A stretch of DNA of 64,000 nucleotides from a virus: IMG/VR virus record IMGVR_UViG_3300028610_001991; one strand, written 5' to 3'. Shown here piece after piece: positions 1 through 10,443 of this stretch. The position numbers and the translations under genes are program-made. Within the stretch, counting starts at the first letter, position 1, and every line of letters starts with the position of its first letter. Below the pieces are notes generated by a model. The model saw nothing but the letters and a program-made list of their open reading frames with translations. It did no database searches and was not told where the DNA came from.

Positions 1-597
1 GAAGGGCCGGTTAATATTAATGTACCCAATAAGGAAGAGATAGTTAAGAAGTTATCCCCTCTAGATCAGGTAGCGATTGACTTGGAAGTTGATAATAAAC
101 TAATCAAAGCGTTTATTGATGTAGAGTCCGGTAGGTATCATAAATTCGATGGTCAGCTTGTGATTAATTACGAAGCTCATTATTTTAAAAAGTTTTCAGG
201 TATAGTTGTGCCTGATAGAAATATTATAAGAGGAGACGGACTTAATCAGGAAGATGAATGGCGTAATTTTATAGAGGCAAGGGGTAAGGAGGAGGAAGCT
301 GCTTACAAAAGTATATCGATGGGGAAAACTCAAATTATGGGTGCTAACCATAAGATTCTTGGATATAAATCTGCAAAACTTATGTTTGAGGCATTTGATA
401 AAACAGAAGATAATGCTATATACGGTTTTGGTTCATTTGTAAAAGCTCATAGGGGACTATTAAAGGCTTGTAGGACAAAAGATTATCATAAAATGGCTTA
501 CTATTACAACGGAAAGGCATACAAAAAATATAAAGATTCTAAAGGACGTACTTACGCAGATAAAATCCGAGAGGCCTATGAAGCGCTATGCGTATAG
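1..597 (+). CDS. N-acetylmuramidase (DUF3380-like) domain protein, 5'-truncated (endolysin or virion-associated lysin)
   Basis: Frame is open from base 1. Motifs DVES (catalytic Glu), SMGKTQIMGANH and YYYNG...Y..KI match the DUF3380 muramidase pattern. Confidence 0.8.
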   Translation, partial: EGPVNINVPNKEEIVKKLSPLDQVAIDLEVDNKLIKAFIDVESGRYHKFDGQLVINYEAHYFKKFSGIVVPDRNIIRGDGLNQEDEWRNFIEARGKEEEAAYKSISMGKTQIMGANHKILGYKSAKLMFEAFDKTEDNAIYGFGSFVKAHRGLLKACRTKDYHKMAYYYNGKAYKKYKDSKGRTYADKIREAYEALCV

Positions 598-1394
598 AAG
601 ATGCAACTATTATAATACCTTATTCAGGTGATTATACTTATTTAAAATTGTGTCTTAAAATAGGACTTGCCCGCCAGGAATTAAAACCAAAACATATCAT
701 AATTATATTTGATAACTGTAATTTAGACATAGAAGAGTATCCGGATAAGTATGCTGTTTCTGATATGGATGCTCAGGTGTTTAGTTATTCGGATCAGGAA
801 GGTGCAGGAAATAGAGCTGCAGTTAGAAACTGCGGTATACGAGCAGTTAAAACAGAATGGTTATTTCTTTTAGATGAGGATATAGTATTATTTCCATCTT
901 ATTTTACAGAGCTGCAAAGAGTAGCTAGTTCTATTCCACTTAATCATGTTATCCATGGATCATTAATTAATAGAAAAGTTGAAACTACTTTACCTCTTGA
1001 AGAAATAATAAAGATGACTGAAGATCCTGGTAAAGTTACGGATAAACATAGACAAGCAGCTTCTACGATTAGTCCTAATAGATGGATGTCTTTTTGTACA
1101 GGCAATTTATTAGTGTCTAAAAAGTTAATGGTAGATGCAGGGCTTTTTGATGAGAAAATAAAGGGATGGGGGGAGGAGGATACTGAGATGGGATTTCGTG
1201 TGTACAAGGCAGGAGGACAGTTTTTTAATATGCTTTGTTTAAGAGGGTTTCATCTTGCTCGATCCGGTATAAATCGTAGAAGTAGAAATAAAGGGTGGTC
1301 AAAGAATTTAGAGTATACTTTAGCGAAACATAAGGGCACAGAATATGTTAAACAGAGAAGTTCCAGTTTGAGTTTTGCAAGGAGGTATAGTTGA
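588..1394 (+). CDS. GT2-family glycosyltransferase
   Basis: IIIPY start, RNCG, LLDED (DxD-like), GN and FDEKIKGWGEEDTEMG motif. Confidence 0.85.
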   Translation: MRIEDATIIIPYSGDYTYLKLCLKIGLARQELKPKHIIIIFDNCNLDIEEYPDKYAVSDMDAQVFSYSDQEGAGNRAAVRNCGIRAVKTEWLFLLDEDIVLFPSYFTELQRVASSIPLNHVIHGSLINRKVETTLPLEEIIKMTEDPGKVTDKHRQAASTISPNRWMSFCTGNLLVSKKLMVDAGLFDEKIKGWGEEDTEMGFRVYKAGGQFFNMLCLRGFHLARSGINRRSRNKGWSKNLEYTLAKHKGTEYVKQRSSSLSFARRYS

Positions 1395-2008
1395 TTAATA
1401 TTATAATCGCGACGTACAAATCTGCAGAAGAAATAAATCCCTTAGTTCAAGAAATACAGAGAGAAACACATTCAGATTATAGATTAATTTTAACCTGCCA
1501 GAAGGACAGTGCGGCAGTTAATAGAAACTACGGGTTAGACAGGGCAGAGTCAGAAATAGTTATAATGATTGATGACGATACTTTCGGGTATAAGTGTGAC
1601 TGGGAAAAGAATCTTATTGAGCCTTTAAAGGACATTAATATTTTAGCTGTTTCTGCGAGATTGATGGGTAAGACATTTAGAGGCCAGGTAGATTACACTA
1701 AGCCTGGGCTGGTGACCTGTCAAAACTATGATATTAATAAACCAGTTGTAGAAGTTAAGTATATACCTACTACCTGTGTTGCTTTCAGAAAAACTGATTT
1801 GAGATTTCATGAAGGATTTAAGGGTAGTGGTTTTGAAGATACATATTTCTTCTGGCAGTTGCAAAAAAGAAATATTAATGGTAAATTGGTTATTTACAAT
1901 GAGGTTAAAATTAAACATAAGAATGAAAAAAAGAACCAGATAGAGTATTGGATAGAGAACACAAATCTTTGGAATAAATTAACTAATAAGGCTAAGTGGC
2001 ATGGCTGA
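1391..2008 (+). CDS. GT2-family glycosyltransferase
   Basis: SAAVNRNYG, IMIDDD, FHEGFKGSGFEDT. Confidence 0.8.
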   Translation: MINIIIATYKSAEEINPLVQEIQRETHSDYRLILTCQKDSAAVNRNYGLDRAESEIVIMIDDDTFGYKCDWEKNLIEPLKDINILAVSARLMGKTFRGQVDYTKPGLVTCQNYDINKPVVEVKYIPTTCVAFRKTDLRFHEGFKGSGFEDTYFFWQLQKRNINGKLVIYNEVKIKHKNEKKNQIEYWIENTNLWNKLTNKAKWHG

Positions 2009-2642
2009 GATAAGTATTGTAATACCTTCACTTAAACAAGAAGATGAGTTAAAAGATCAGGTTAAAAGTATACGTCAAACAGCTATTAATGATTGTCAAA
2101 TATTAACTATTTGTAAAAAGCAATCTGCAGCAAAGAATAGAAATGAATGTATTGAAAGGTCTATATTCGATTTAATTATAATGCTAGATGATGATATAGG
2201 TAATTTTTTTCCAGGGTGGGATGAATTGCTTATTCAGCCTTTTAGATCAAACCCTATTAAATATTCTATTGTTGCAGCTAGATTGATTGATAAAGAGGGT
2301 AATAGGTCTCCCCAACTAGGGGATTGTGATAGGTGGAATAAGTCCTTTGATTATGTACGTGCAGTGCACACATTGAAAACCGGTTTAAATGTTGTAGGTA
2401 GTTCTTGTATTTCTTTTTATAAAGATGATTTGAGATTTGATGAATTGTATCTAGGTGCTACATACGAGGACGCAGATTTTTGTATGCAGATGAATAAACA
2501 ATGTCCGGAGAAAGAGATTATAATAAATAATCAATGTAAGTTAATACATAATAATGAAGGTAAGGGTAGAAGTATAGGGTCTAATAATTACAGTATTCAT
2601 AATAAAAAATACTTTGCGAAAAAGTGGGGAATAGAGGTATGA
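2001..2642 (+). CDS. GT2-family glycosyltransferase (tandem paralog of 1391-2008)
   Basis: SAAKNRN, IMLDDD, FDELYLGATYEDAD; colinear similarity to the preceding gene. Confidence 0.8.
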   Translation: MAEISIVIPSLKQEDELKDQVKSIRQTAINDCQILTICKKQSAAKNRNECIERSIFDLIIMLDDDIGNFFPGWDELLIQPFRSNPIKYSIVAARLIDKEGNRSPQLGDCDRWNKSFDYVRAVHTLKTGLNVVGSSCISFYKDDLRFDELYLGATYEDADFCMQMNKQCPEKEIIINNQCKLIHNNEGKGRSIGSNNYSIHNKKYFAKKWGIEV

Positions 2643-3508
2643 TAAAGGATATAGGGTTGTATTGTTGTACTCCTGATCAGATAGTAGGCTGTAGGAAAGT
2701 ATCGTTAAATTTGTTAAGAGGGCTAGAGGAACTTGGAGTTACGGTACACCTTAATAAATCCAGGGAATCTACAGGCTGTATACAGGGTATTCTTCAGCTG
2801 AGGCAGCATAAACTACCTACGAATACTTTGGTAGGACCAGAGATAATGGTATTACCAAATGAGATGCCGCAGTTATGGAAAAGACATCAGTATTGGGTAC
2901 AACCTGCACAGTGGGTTTGTGATTATATGGATGAATTTAAAGAAATTCATGATAATAAAATAAAATTGAATGTATGGCCTGTAGGGGTAGATGTGGATAT
3001 GTTTAGTGATAGAGATCGAGGTCATTTTAAATATGACTGTTTTGTATATTATAAAGATGTTACTAAGCAAGTTACACATAAAGATCTTGTTACTATTTTA
3101 ACTGGTTTAAAGGAAAGAGGCTTAACTTCGCTTGTTCTTACTTATGGTAAATATAAAGAGAAACAATTTATAGAGTATTGTAAGCGATGTCGTTTTGGTA
3201 TATTTATAACAGGTACCGAGAGTCAAGGTATAGCTTATATGGAAGCTCTGGCATGTGGCATTCCTTTATTTATTTGGGAAATTGATTGTTTTTTGTACGG
3301 CAGCTACAAATTTTATGGAAAAAACGTTAGTGCTGCACCCTATTTTGATGAACGGTGTGGTATGAAGGCAAATAGATACGATTGGAATAAATTTGATTTA
3401 TTCCTTAGTAAATTGGCGGAGTATAGCCCGCGAGATTATATATTGGAGAACCATACTCCATGTATGGGGGCTAAAAAGTATATGGATATATTAGAAAGGA
3501 TAATATAA
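2639..3508 (+). CDS. GT-B (GT4-like) glycosyltransferase
   Basis: TESQGIAYMEALACGIP matches the E-x7-E motif; start moved to ATG 2639 after GAGG. Confidence 0.65.
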   Translation: MIKDIGLYCCTPDQIVGCRKVSLNLLRGLEELGVTVHLNKSRESTGCIQGILQLRQHKLPTNTLVGPEIMVLPNEMPQLWKRHQYWVQPAQWVCDYMDEFKEIHDNKIKLNVWPVGVDVDMFSDRDRGHFKYDCFVYYKDVTKQVTHKDLVTILTGLKERGLTSLVLTYGKYKEKQFIEYCKRCRFGIFITGTESQGIAYMEALACGIPLFIWEIDCFLYGSYKFYGKNVSAAPYFDERCGMKANRYDWNKFDLFLSKLAEYSPRDYILENHTPCMGAKKYMDILERII

Positions 3509-4323
3509 TGATTAACATTTTAATCTTTAGTAAGGATAGGGCTTGTCAGCTTGATTTATGTATCAGATCTATACTTGAAAAGTTACACTTAGGCTATAGA
3601 CTACATGTGCAGTATACTACTTCAGATGAGATGTTTGATAAAGGGTACGAGTTGCTAAAACAAAAATATGGGCATTTTATTAAGTTTGTTAAAGAGTCTA
3701 ATTTTAAAACAACACTGCTTGAAATGGTGTCGAAGTTCGAAAATGAATATTGTATGTTTTTGGTTGATGATGATGTATTTATCAATGATGTTAGTGAAGA
3801 TGAGTTTTGTAAGCTATTTAAACTTTATAAAGAGAATACTAAGGTAGCTACAGTATCGTTTAGAATGAATCCTTTCATAGATTACTGTTTTCCTGCTAAA
3901 AAGAAAATGATAATACCAGAATTTATGGAAGAAACTATGTATCTTTTGTGGGCATGGGTAGACTACGATTCGTTTACTTGTTGGGGATACCCCATGGCAA
4001 TAGACACACATGTATATAATGTAAAGAGTATAAGTGCTTTATTTAACCGACTTAACTATAGCGATGTAAATACCCTTGAGCTTAATATGACGTATAATAC
4101 ACCAAAAGAGAAACCGTATATGATTTCGTTTAAAGAAACTAAAGTATATAATATACAACATAACTTTGTACAGGAGGACAGTCGCCAAAAAAGTAAGTGT
4201 GCTGTACATACATTAAATGAAAAGTTTCTTAAGGGTGCGGTTATATCTACAGAGGATATTTACAGGCTTAAGCCTACGGCGGCGCATGGAAAACTTGAAT
4301 ATAAACTTATAGGAGGATGTTAG
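3508..4323 (+). CDS. GT-A fold glycosyltransferase-like protein
   Basis: IFSKDRACQL N-terminus, FLVDDD motif, cluster context. Confidence 0.65.
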   Translation: MINILIFSKDRACQLDLCIRSILEKLHLGYRLHVQYTTSDEMFDKGYELLKQKYGHFIKFVKESNFKTTLLEMVSKFENEYCMFLVDDDVFINDVSEDEFCKLFKLYKENTKVATVSFRMNPFIDYCFPAKKKMIIPEFMEETMYLLWAWVDYDSFTCWGYPMAIDTHVYNVKSISALFNRLNYSDVNTLELNMTYNTPKEKPYMISFKETKVYNIQHNFVQEDSRQKSKCAVHTLNEKFLKGAVISTEDIYRLKPTAAHGKLEYKLIGGC

Positions 4324-5078
4324 TGGAAAAATTTGTTATTGATATAGTTATGCTTGTTGGTAAAAAGGACTGTAATAAAGCTGTTAACTCGATAGCTTTT
4401 GTACTTAAACATCTTACAGATGTTATCATCGATAATTTCTATATTGTTACACCAGTTAAGGAGTTAAAAAATATTCTTACCTCTAGAGAGTTTATCTTTG
4501 TTGAGGATAGCAGTATACCTTTTAGTAAGGAAGGCATTAGTTTTCGTCCGGGATGGACATGGCAGCAATTAATTAAACTATTTAATACTTTTGTAAAAAA
4601 CAGATACTATTTATGTATTGATTCGGATTGTTTTTTTATAAAAGATATTAGTTTATTTCATGAGAGGGGCATACCTTATATTTTTAGAAATATGCATAAG
4701 TATAACCTACATGGACCTTATTTTGATTTTATAGAAAAGAAATGTGGATTGCCTGTTTCCCGGGATAAAACTTATGTATGTGATTTTATGCTGTTTGACA
4801 AGAAGATTATAGATTCTTTGATACTTGATCTTTTTGAGAACAGGGATAAAGCTATTGATACTATTATGAAGCATGATGCTTCTTGTACGTTTAGCGAGTA
4901 TGAAACTTACGGTCATTATGCTATACATAAGGGCCTTGTACTTGAAAAACAGATACAGGGAGGAATGAAGGGTAAGTATAATGAAGATGTTACAAATGAA
5001 GAATTTATTGATTTTATGAATGAGGTTAAACAAAACGATGATTTTACTTATTTTAGCTATCATACATGGGGATCGTAA
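4317..5078 (+). CDS. nucleotide-diphospho-sugar transferase-like protein (DUF6492-like)
   Basis: GWTWQQLIKL, YLCIDSD (DxD), FSEYETYG. Confidence 0.65.
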   Translation: MLVEKFVIDIVMLVGKKDCNKAVNSIAFVLKHLTDVIIDNFYIVTPVKELKNILTSREFIFVEDSSIPFSKEGISFRPGWTWQQLIKLFNTFVKNRYYLCIDSDCFFIKDISLFHERGIPYIFRNMHKYNLHGPYFDFIEKKCGLPVSRDKTYVCDFMLFDKKIIDSLILDLFENRDKAIDTIMKHDASCTFSEYETYGHYAIHKGLVLEKQIQGGMKGKYNEDVTNEEFIDFMNEVKQNDDFTYFSYHTWGS

Positions 5079-5608
5079 TTGTGAAATTATCTTATCGTGA
5101 GAGTGGTTATGCTACACATCAACCCTATATAATAGCTGTTTGTGATAAGATACATAACGGTAAAATAATAGAGTATGGTTGTGGTAATTTTAGTACGCCA
5201 TTATTACATGAGATATGTGAAAGAAATAGCAATCAACTTTTATCAGTGGACCATGATTCTGCATATATGGAACCTGTACTTAAATTAGAAACTGAGTGGC
5301 ACAGGTTTGTAAGGTTAGTTGATTATACTGAATTGTTATTTGATTTTGATTTTACTTGTAATCTTGCTTTTATAGACTCTGGGTTTTGGGGGTCTAGGCT
5401 GATGATCGTAAACGAGTATAAAAGACTTAACAGTTTTGATTATTTGATATTACATGATAGCGACTATATCCTTAATAAACTTCCGGCTTTATTTAAAGAG
5501 TATCCTCATAAACAATATGGTGTTTTAAAACCGCCAACAACTGTAGTAAGGCAGGTATCACAAAAGAGATTAAATATCAATATAGATTTAGGTATGGAGG
5601 TGTATTAG
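5066..5608 (+). CDS. class I SAM-dependent methyltransferase-like protein
   Basis: IIEYGCG motif I, SVDHD, FIDS, ILHDS. Confidence 0.65.
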   Translation: MGIVIVKLSYRESGYATHQPYIIAVCDKIHNGKIIEYGCGNFSTPLLHEICERNSNQLLSVDHDSAYMEPVLKLETEWHRFVRLVDYTELLFDFDFTCNLAFIDSGFWGSRLMIVNEYKRLNSFDYLILHDSDYILNKLPALFKEYPHKQYGVLKPPTTVVRQVSQKRLNINIDLGMEVY

Positions 5609-6108
5609 TGTCTCTTAATGAGCATATACTTAATAAGTATAAGAGAGAAGTGTTTATAGAGACAGGGTTACAGGACGGAGAATCAGTAGATTATGCTCTC
5701 AAATGTAATTTTAAAGATATATTCAGTATAGAGGTAGATAGGCATTATGTTAGTCTGGGTTTAAATAAGTATGTGAATAACCCAAATGTGCATATAATAC
5801 AGGGAGATAGTTCCGTAGAGTTAGAAAAGTTGCTTATATCCGTTACGGCTAGTCCTCTGATTTGGCTAGATGCGCACCCCTTTAGGGAGGACATGAGGTT
5901 AAATCAATGTCCCTTATTAGCTGAGATAGAAGCAGTGGGAAAGCATTACGATAGATTAAAGCCTGTATTGATGATAGATGATATGAGAGTTTTTAATGAA
6001 GAAGATAAAAACATTATAAAAGAGAAAGTGCTTGCTTTTGCTCCTGATCACGTAGTTTATTTAGATACAAGATGCGGAATTAGAGATATATTTTGTATAG
6101 AGGTGTGA
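5608..6108 (+). CDS. SAM-dependent methyltransferase-like protein
   Basis: FIETG, SIEVD, GDS, WLDAH, IDDMR pattern. Confidence 0.6.
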   Translation: MSLNEHILNKYKREVFIETGLQDGESVDYALKCNFKDIFSIEVDRHYVSLGLNKYVNNPNVHIIQGDSSVELEKLLISVTASPLIWLDAHPFREDMRLNQCPLLAEIEAVGKHYDRLKPVLMIDDMRVFNEEDKNIIKEKVLAFAPDHVVYLDTRCGIRDIFCIEV

Positions 6109-6109
6109 T

Positions 6110-7081
6110 ATGGATTTAAATTGGGAAAAGCCTGACTACGGGAATGGTGTTTCTTCAATAATTTATAAATCGGAATTTGTATATAAGAAGCAACCTGTAG
6201 GGATGCAAAAACGAGAGCTTGAATTTTTAAATATACTTTACCCTTATGGATATATACCGGATTATAAGATTATATCTGAGGAGATAATTGAATTCAATAG
6301 AATTTATGTAGATAAGGTTACAAATGAAGATGAATTTTTATCACATTATGATAAGTTTTTAAGTATACTCAAGAAGAAAAATATAAGACACGGAGATCTT
6401 ACTTCGGCTAATATACTACCTTATAAAAACAAGCCTTATATCTTGGATTGGAATGAGAGTAGGTATTACAGTGAAAATTTATCGGATAAAAGACCGGAGA
6501 AAGATGCTTTTTGGTTTTGGAGATCAATGGTATACTATATAGATATATCTATATATCCTCTGCCAGGTAACGGACGTGGGCCTGAGATGTGGTATATATT
6601 GAGGGATCATGTATTAAATCCAGAGTACAAGACAGTTATAGACCTTGGGTGTGGTAGAGGTGATTTTAGTATACGTTCATTGATGAATGGAAAACAAGTA
6701 AATATGGTAGATTTTGATGAGGGGCAATTAAATATAGGGAAAGAAAAAATAGAGAAGAGGGGCCTTACTAATGTTACATATTACATTGAAAATATACTTG
6801 ACTTTATTAAAAGAGATATTCAGTCGGATATACTGTTTTGTTTTTCTGTTCTTCCTTATCTTAGTAGAAGTGATATGCTTGAAGTAATACGCTACGCAAA
6901 AAAGTTTAGTAGATTTTCATTTTTTGAGATACAATATACAGGGGATGGTCCTGGATATATAAAAGGGGATTCTGAAATTATAGATATTTTTAAGCAATGC
7001 GGGTTTATACATGTAGAAAAGATAGGATTTACTACTGTGGAGTACAGAAAAAAAGATAGAATTATCTGGAGGTGTACATGA
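6110..7081 (+). CDS. kinase (phosphotransferase)-methyltransferase fusion
   Basis: N-half HGDLTSANIL and ILDW (kinase catalytic and Mg loops); C-half VIDLGCGRG and VDFD (SAM binding). Confidence 0.7.
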   Translation: MDLNWEKPDYGNGVSSIIYKSEFVYKKQPVGMQKRELEFLNILYPYGYIPDYKIISEEIIEFNRIYVDKVTNEDEFLSHYDKFLSILKKKNIRHGDLTSANILPYKNKPYILDWNESRYYSENLSDKRPEKDAFWFWRSMVYYIDISIYPLPGNGRGPEMWYILRDHVLNPEYKTVIDLGCGRGDFSIRSLMNGKQVNMVDFDEGQLNIGKEKIEKRGLTNVTYYIENILDFIKRDIQSDILFCFSVLPYLSRSDMLEVIRYAKKFSRFSFFEIQYTGDGPGYIKGDSEIIDIFKQCGFIHVEKIGFTTVEYRKKDRIIWRCT

Positions 7082-7896
7082 CATTGGTACTAATACATTT
7101 CGGGGAAAAGATACCCTATGCTGAACAGTGCGTTTCTGCTATTAAAAAAGTCTCTAATATAGTTATTCATTGGATAGCTGAGTACCCTATCGAGGGAGTA
7201 GAATCTTTTGATATAAATAAATACTCTATGGATGATTACTGTGCTTGGTTTAACGGCCATAATAATTTCTTAAGATGTTCCGGGGACCTCTGGAACTATT
7301 CCCTACAGAGGTTTTACATACTATACCTACATTGTTATGCACATAGCTTAGAATCAGTATTACACATTGAGAATGACCAAGTAGTTTATTATGATCCTTT
7401 GGGTATTGGGGGTATATTAAAGAAGAGCGATAAGTTATTAGCATTAGATCTCGGACCAAAATATGCGTCCGGAGCAATAATGTACTTTAGTAATATAGGT
7501 TTACTATATAATATGAATCAGGAAATTAATAAGTGTTTGATTAAAGGTGATGCATGGATAAAAAAGACGATGAACTTATGTGAGATAGAGGTATCTTCAG
7601 AAATGGTTATTTTAAAGTACTTATTGATGAATAATATTATTAAATCGCTACCTTTATTTCCAGAAGATTCAGATGAGTATGGTTATATATTTGATCCGGC
7701 AAGTTACGGACAATATTTTGGGGGTACCCCTGCAGGTCATTCTCCGGGTACATTATTTGAGCATCATTATATAGGTAAGAGGATTAAAGAGACAAATGAG
7801 AAATTAAGTATGATAAGGGGTAAGCCATACTTTAACGATACACCTATATTTAACCTGCACATACATACAAAAAAATTGCAAGATTTTATTCAATGA
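7072..7896 (+). CDS. putative glycosyltransferase
   Basis: HIENDQ, IFDPASYGQYFGG, FNLHIHTK; cluster context. Confidence 0.5.
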   Translation: MYMTLVLIHFGEKIPYAEQCVSAIKKVSNIVIHWIAEYPIEGVESFDINKYSMDDYCAWFNGHNNFLRCSGDLWNYSLQRFYILYLHCYAHSLESVLHIENDQVVYYDPLGIGGILKKSDKLLALDLGPKYASGAIMYFSNIGLLYNMNQEINKCLIKGDAWIKKTMNLCEIEVSSEMVILKYLLMNNIIKSLPLFPEDSDEYGYIFDPASYGQYFGGTPAGHSPGTLFEHHYIGKRIKETNEKLSMIRGKPYFNDTPIFNLHIHTKKLQDFIQ

Positions 7897-8534
7897 CATT
7901 TTCATTCCATGCTATGAAAAGAAGTGGGCATCATGCTGTTATCTATTGGGTAGCAAAACATTTACCTTATAATGTTATCCCTAATAGTTGTGGTGCTTAC
8001 TTCCCTGAGGAGTATTGTAATAAAGGCTTTAAATTTACTGTTGAATTTTGTGATTATGAAGATTATGAAGTACGCACTGAGATACATAAAAGATTTACAA
8101 GTATACTAGTAATGAGAGACCCATTTAATTTATTTGCTAGTCGAGAGAAATTAGCTGAACATAAAAAAATGGATGGATTATCTACAGGTGTACTCGACTT
8201 GTATGAGGGTCAGATAAAAGCCATGTCTGCTTTTTCATTCATTATATTTTTTAATTACTGGCTTGAAAAAGAAAATAGAAAGATAATAGGAAAGATGTTA
8301 GGTTGTGATAAAAACTGTGAGGAGCTATACACTGGGATATCGAAAGAGGGATGGGGTAGTAGTTTTGATTTATTAAAGTATCAGGGGGATCCTCTGAAGA
8401 TGGCTTTAACTAAAAGATGGAAATATTTAAGTAAAGGCAGGCTGGAGAGAATATTAAAAAGAAAGGTAATTTACCATTTTGCTGAAACTTATTTTAGTGA
8501 ATTATTAAACGATGTACTTGAGTATGTAGGGTAA
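7893..8534 (+). CDS. sulfotransferase-like protein
   Basis: KRSGHH resembles the 5'-PSB loop; MRDPFNLFASR resembles the 3'-PB motif. Confidence 0.6.
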   Translation: MTFSFHAMKRSGHHAVIYWVAKHLPYNVIPNSCGAYFPEEYCNKGFKFTVEFCDYEDYEVRTEIHKRFTSILVMRDPFNLFASREKLAEHKKMDGLSTGVLDLYEGQIKAMSAFSFIIFFNYWLEKENRKIIGKMLGCDKNCEELYTGISKEGWGSSFDLLKYQGDPLKMALTKRWKYLSKGRLERILKRKVIYHFAETYFSELLNDVLEYVG

Positions 8535-9286
8535 TGGATATAACAAGAGATTATATACATGGAGATAAATTTGAAATAATAGCTGATTTTATATGGTCTG
8601 ATAGCGTGAAGGACATAATAGATAATGATGGCATAATACTGTGTTATACACATTATTTAAATGAACTGTTTGACTATTTGAGAAATAAAAAGCATAAGTG
8701 TCTATTGATCAGTCACAACTCTGATGATAATATAAGTGAAGAATTGTACAGAAGAAAATCTGATTGTATAAAAGTGTGGTACGGTCAGAATAGGATTTTT
8801 AACTGTGATGTTACGCCGCTGCCTATAGGTATTGAGCGGCCTATATGGGGAAATTATGGAGATATGAGTTATGTGGCTAGTATTAAAAATTCAGAGAGAA
8901 AAGTTTTTAATAAGTATCTACTGGCGGTAAATATAAACAACAATCCCGGAGGCAGACAAGCGTGTATCGATTATTACAGATCTTTTAAAACTGTCACTTA
9001 CTTACCCGAGAAGATACCCTTTAAAGAATATGTGAAGTTATTATATACACATAAATATGTAATCAGTCCTCCGGGACATGGCTATGATTGCCACAGAACA
9101 TGGGAAGCAATGTACCTAGGTGTTATCCCTATAGTTTTTGATATGGATTATTTTTCTGATTTACCACTCATATCAGTACATGAATGGAAAGATATAACAG
9201 ATGAGGTGCCTGGTAGGTGTATTGATAAGCTTGATATAAATTATTGGATGCAAAGGATAAAGGATGGTTATTCAGGACTTGATTAA
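8534..9286 (+). CDS. exostosin (GT47)-like glycosyltransferase
   Basis: YVISPPGHGYDCHRTWEAMYLGVIP. Confidence 0.7.
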   Translation: MDITRDYIHGDKFEIIADFIWSDSVKDIIDNDGIILCYTHYLNELFDYLRNKKHKCLLISHNSDDNISEELYRRKSDCIKVWYGQNRIFNCDVTPLPIGIERPIWGNYGDMSYVASIKNSERKVFNKYLLAVNINNNPGGRQACIDYYRSFKTVTYLPEKIPFKEYVKLLYTHKYVISPPGHGYDCHRTWEAMYLGVIPIVFDMDYFSDLPLISVHEWKDITDEVPGRCIDKLDINYWMQRIKDGYSGLD

Positions 9287-9845
9287 TGAGGAAGGAACGA
9301 AGCTTCCTTGGTTTACGTATCCTGCGATAGAGTATTTGAGGCAATTAGATATGTCCGATAAGAAAGTATTTGAGTGGGGCTGTGGTAGTTCGTCTTTATT
9401 TTTTGCAAACAGGTGCTGCTCTATAATTAGTATTGAGCATAATATAAGTTGGTATGAGAAGATAATAAAAGGTAAACCAGATAATTTGACCGTATTACAT
9501 ATAGATAATACCCTTGATGATTATTATTTATGTATAAATAAACATGATAAGTTTGATATAATTGTGGTTGATTCAGAGAATAGAAAGAAGTGTTGCGAGC
9601 AGGCTATTAATAAGTTAAAATCAGGAGGTATAATCATCTTTGATAATTCCAATTGGTTTGTAGATGCTTGTAATTACCTTAGAGGGACAGGATTAATACA
9701 AGTTGATTTTCATGGTAATGGTCAGTCTAATGCATATGCTTGGACAACATCAGTATTTTTTACTAGGGATTTTGACTTTTTACCAAAAGATAATACGCAG
9801 CCTATGAAGCCTATAGGAGGAACACTTTTTAATGAATCTCAGTGA
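9264..9845 (+). CDS. class I SAM-dependent methyltransferase
   Basis: PWFTYPAIEYL, VFEWGCG, IIVVD, IIFDN. Confidence 0.75.
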   Translation: MVIQDLINEEGTKLPWFTYPAIEYLRQLDMSDKKVFEWGCGSSSLFFANRCCSIISIEHNISWYEKIIKGKPDNLTVLHIDNTLDDYYLCINKHDKFDIIVVDSENRKKCCEQAINKLKSGGIIIFDNSNWFVDACNYLRGTGLIQVDFHGNGQSNAYAWTTSVFFTRDFDFLPKDNTQPMKPIGGTLFNESQ

Positions 9846-10443
9846 TTTTGTATTTGATCTGTTTAACTATAACAGAGGAGTCTATGTAGAGGCTGGAGCA
9901 AATAATGGTATTTCACAAAGTAATACATATAGACTGGAGAGAGAAAGAAATTGGTCAGGAATGTTGATCGAGCCTTCTTTAATAAGCTTAAATAAATGTA
10001 TTGAAAGTAGAGGTAAGGGAAACATATTTGTTAATTGTTGCTTAGTGGCGGATAATTACGGGAAGAAATATATACATGGTGATTTTGACGGGCATTTGAT
10101 GGCAAGTGTGGATGGTAAACGACTGAAACGGGGACGGGATATAAAGGCATTAGCGCAAACATTAATGAGTGTAACAACTAAGTATAAGTTTTTTAGTGTG
10201 GATCTGTTAAGCTTGGATGTAGAGGATTACGAGGTACAGGTTTTAGAGGGGGCTGATTTTAATGTATTTAAACCAGAGTATATAATAATTGAGATTCATA
10301 TAAACCATTTAGGTACAGTTAAAGGACAGCTATTGAAAAACTATAAATTTATAGGTAATATAACTAATTATAATATAAAGGATAATCCTTTTTGGGATCA
10401 AGCTCATGATGATTATTTATTTAGAAGGAAGTTAGATGAATAA
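9832..10443 (+). CDS. FkbM-family methyltransferase
   Basis: YVEAGANNG, LIEP, LLSLDVEDYE. Confidence 0.85.
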   Translation: MNLSDFVFDLFNYNRGVYVEAGANNGISQSNTYRLERERNWSGMLIEPSLISLNKCIESRGKGNIFVNCCLVADNYGKKYIHGDFDGHLMASVDGKRLKRGRDIKALAQTLMSVTTKYKFFSVDLLSLDVEDYEVQVLEGADFNVFKPEYIIIEIHINHLGTVKGQLLKNYKFIGNITNYNIKDNPFWDQAHDDYLFRRKLDE

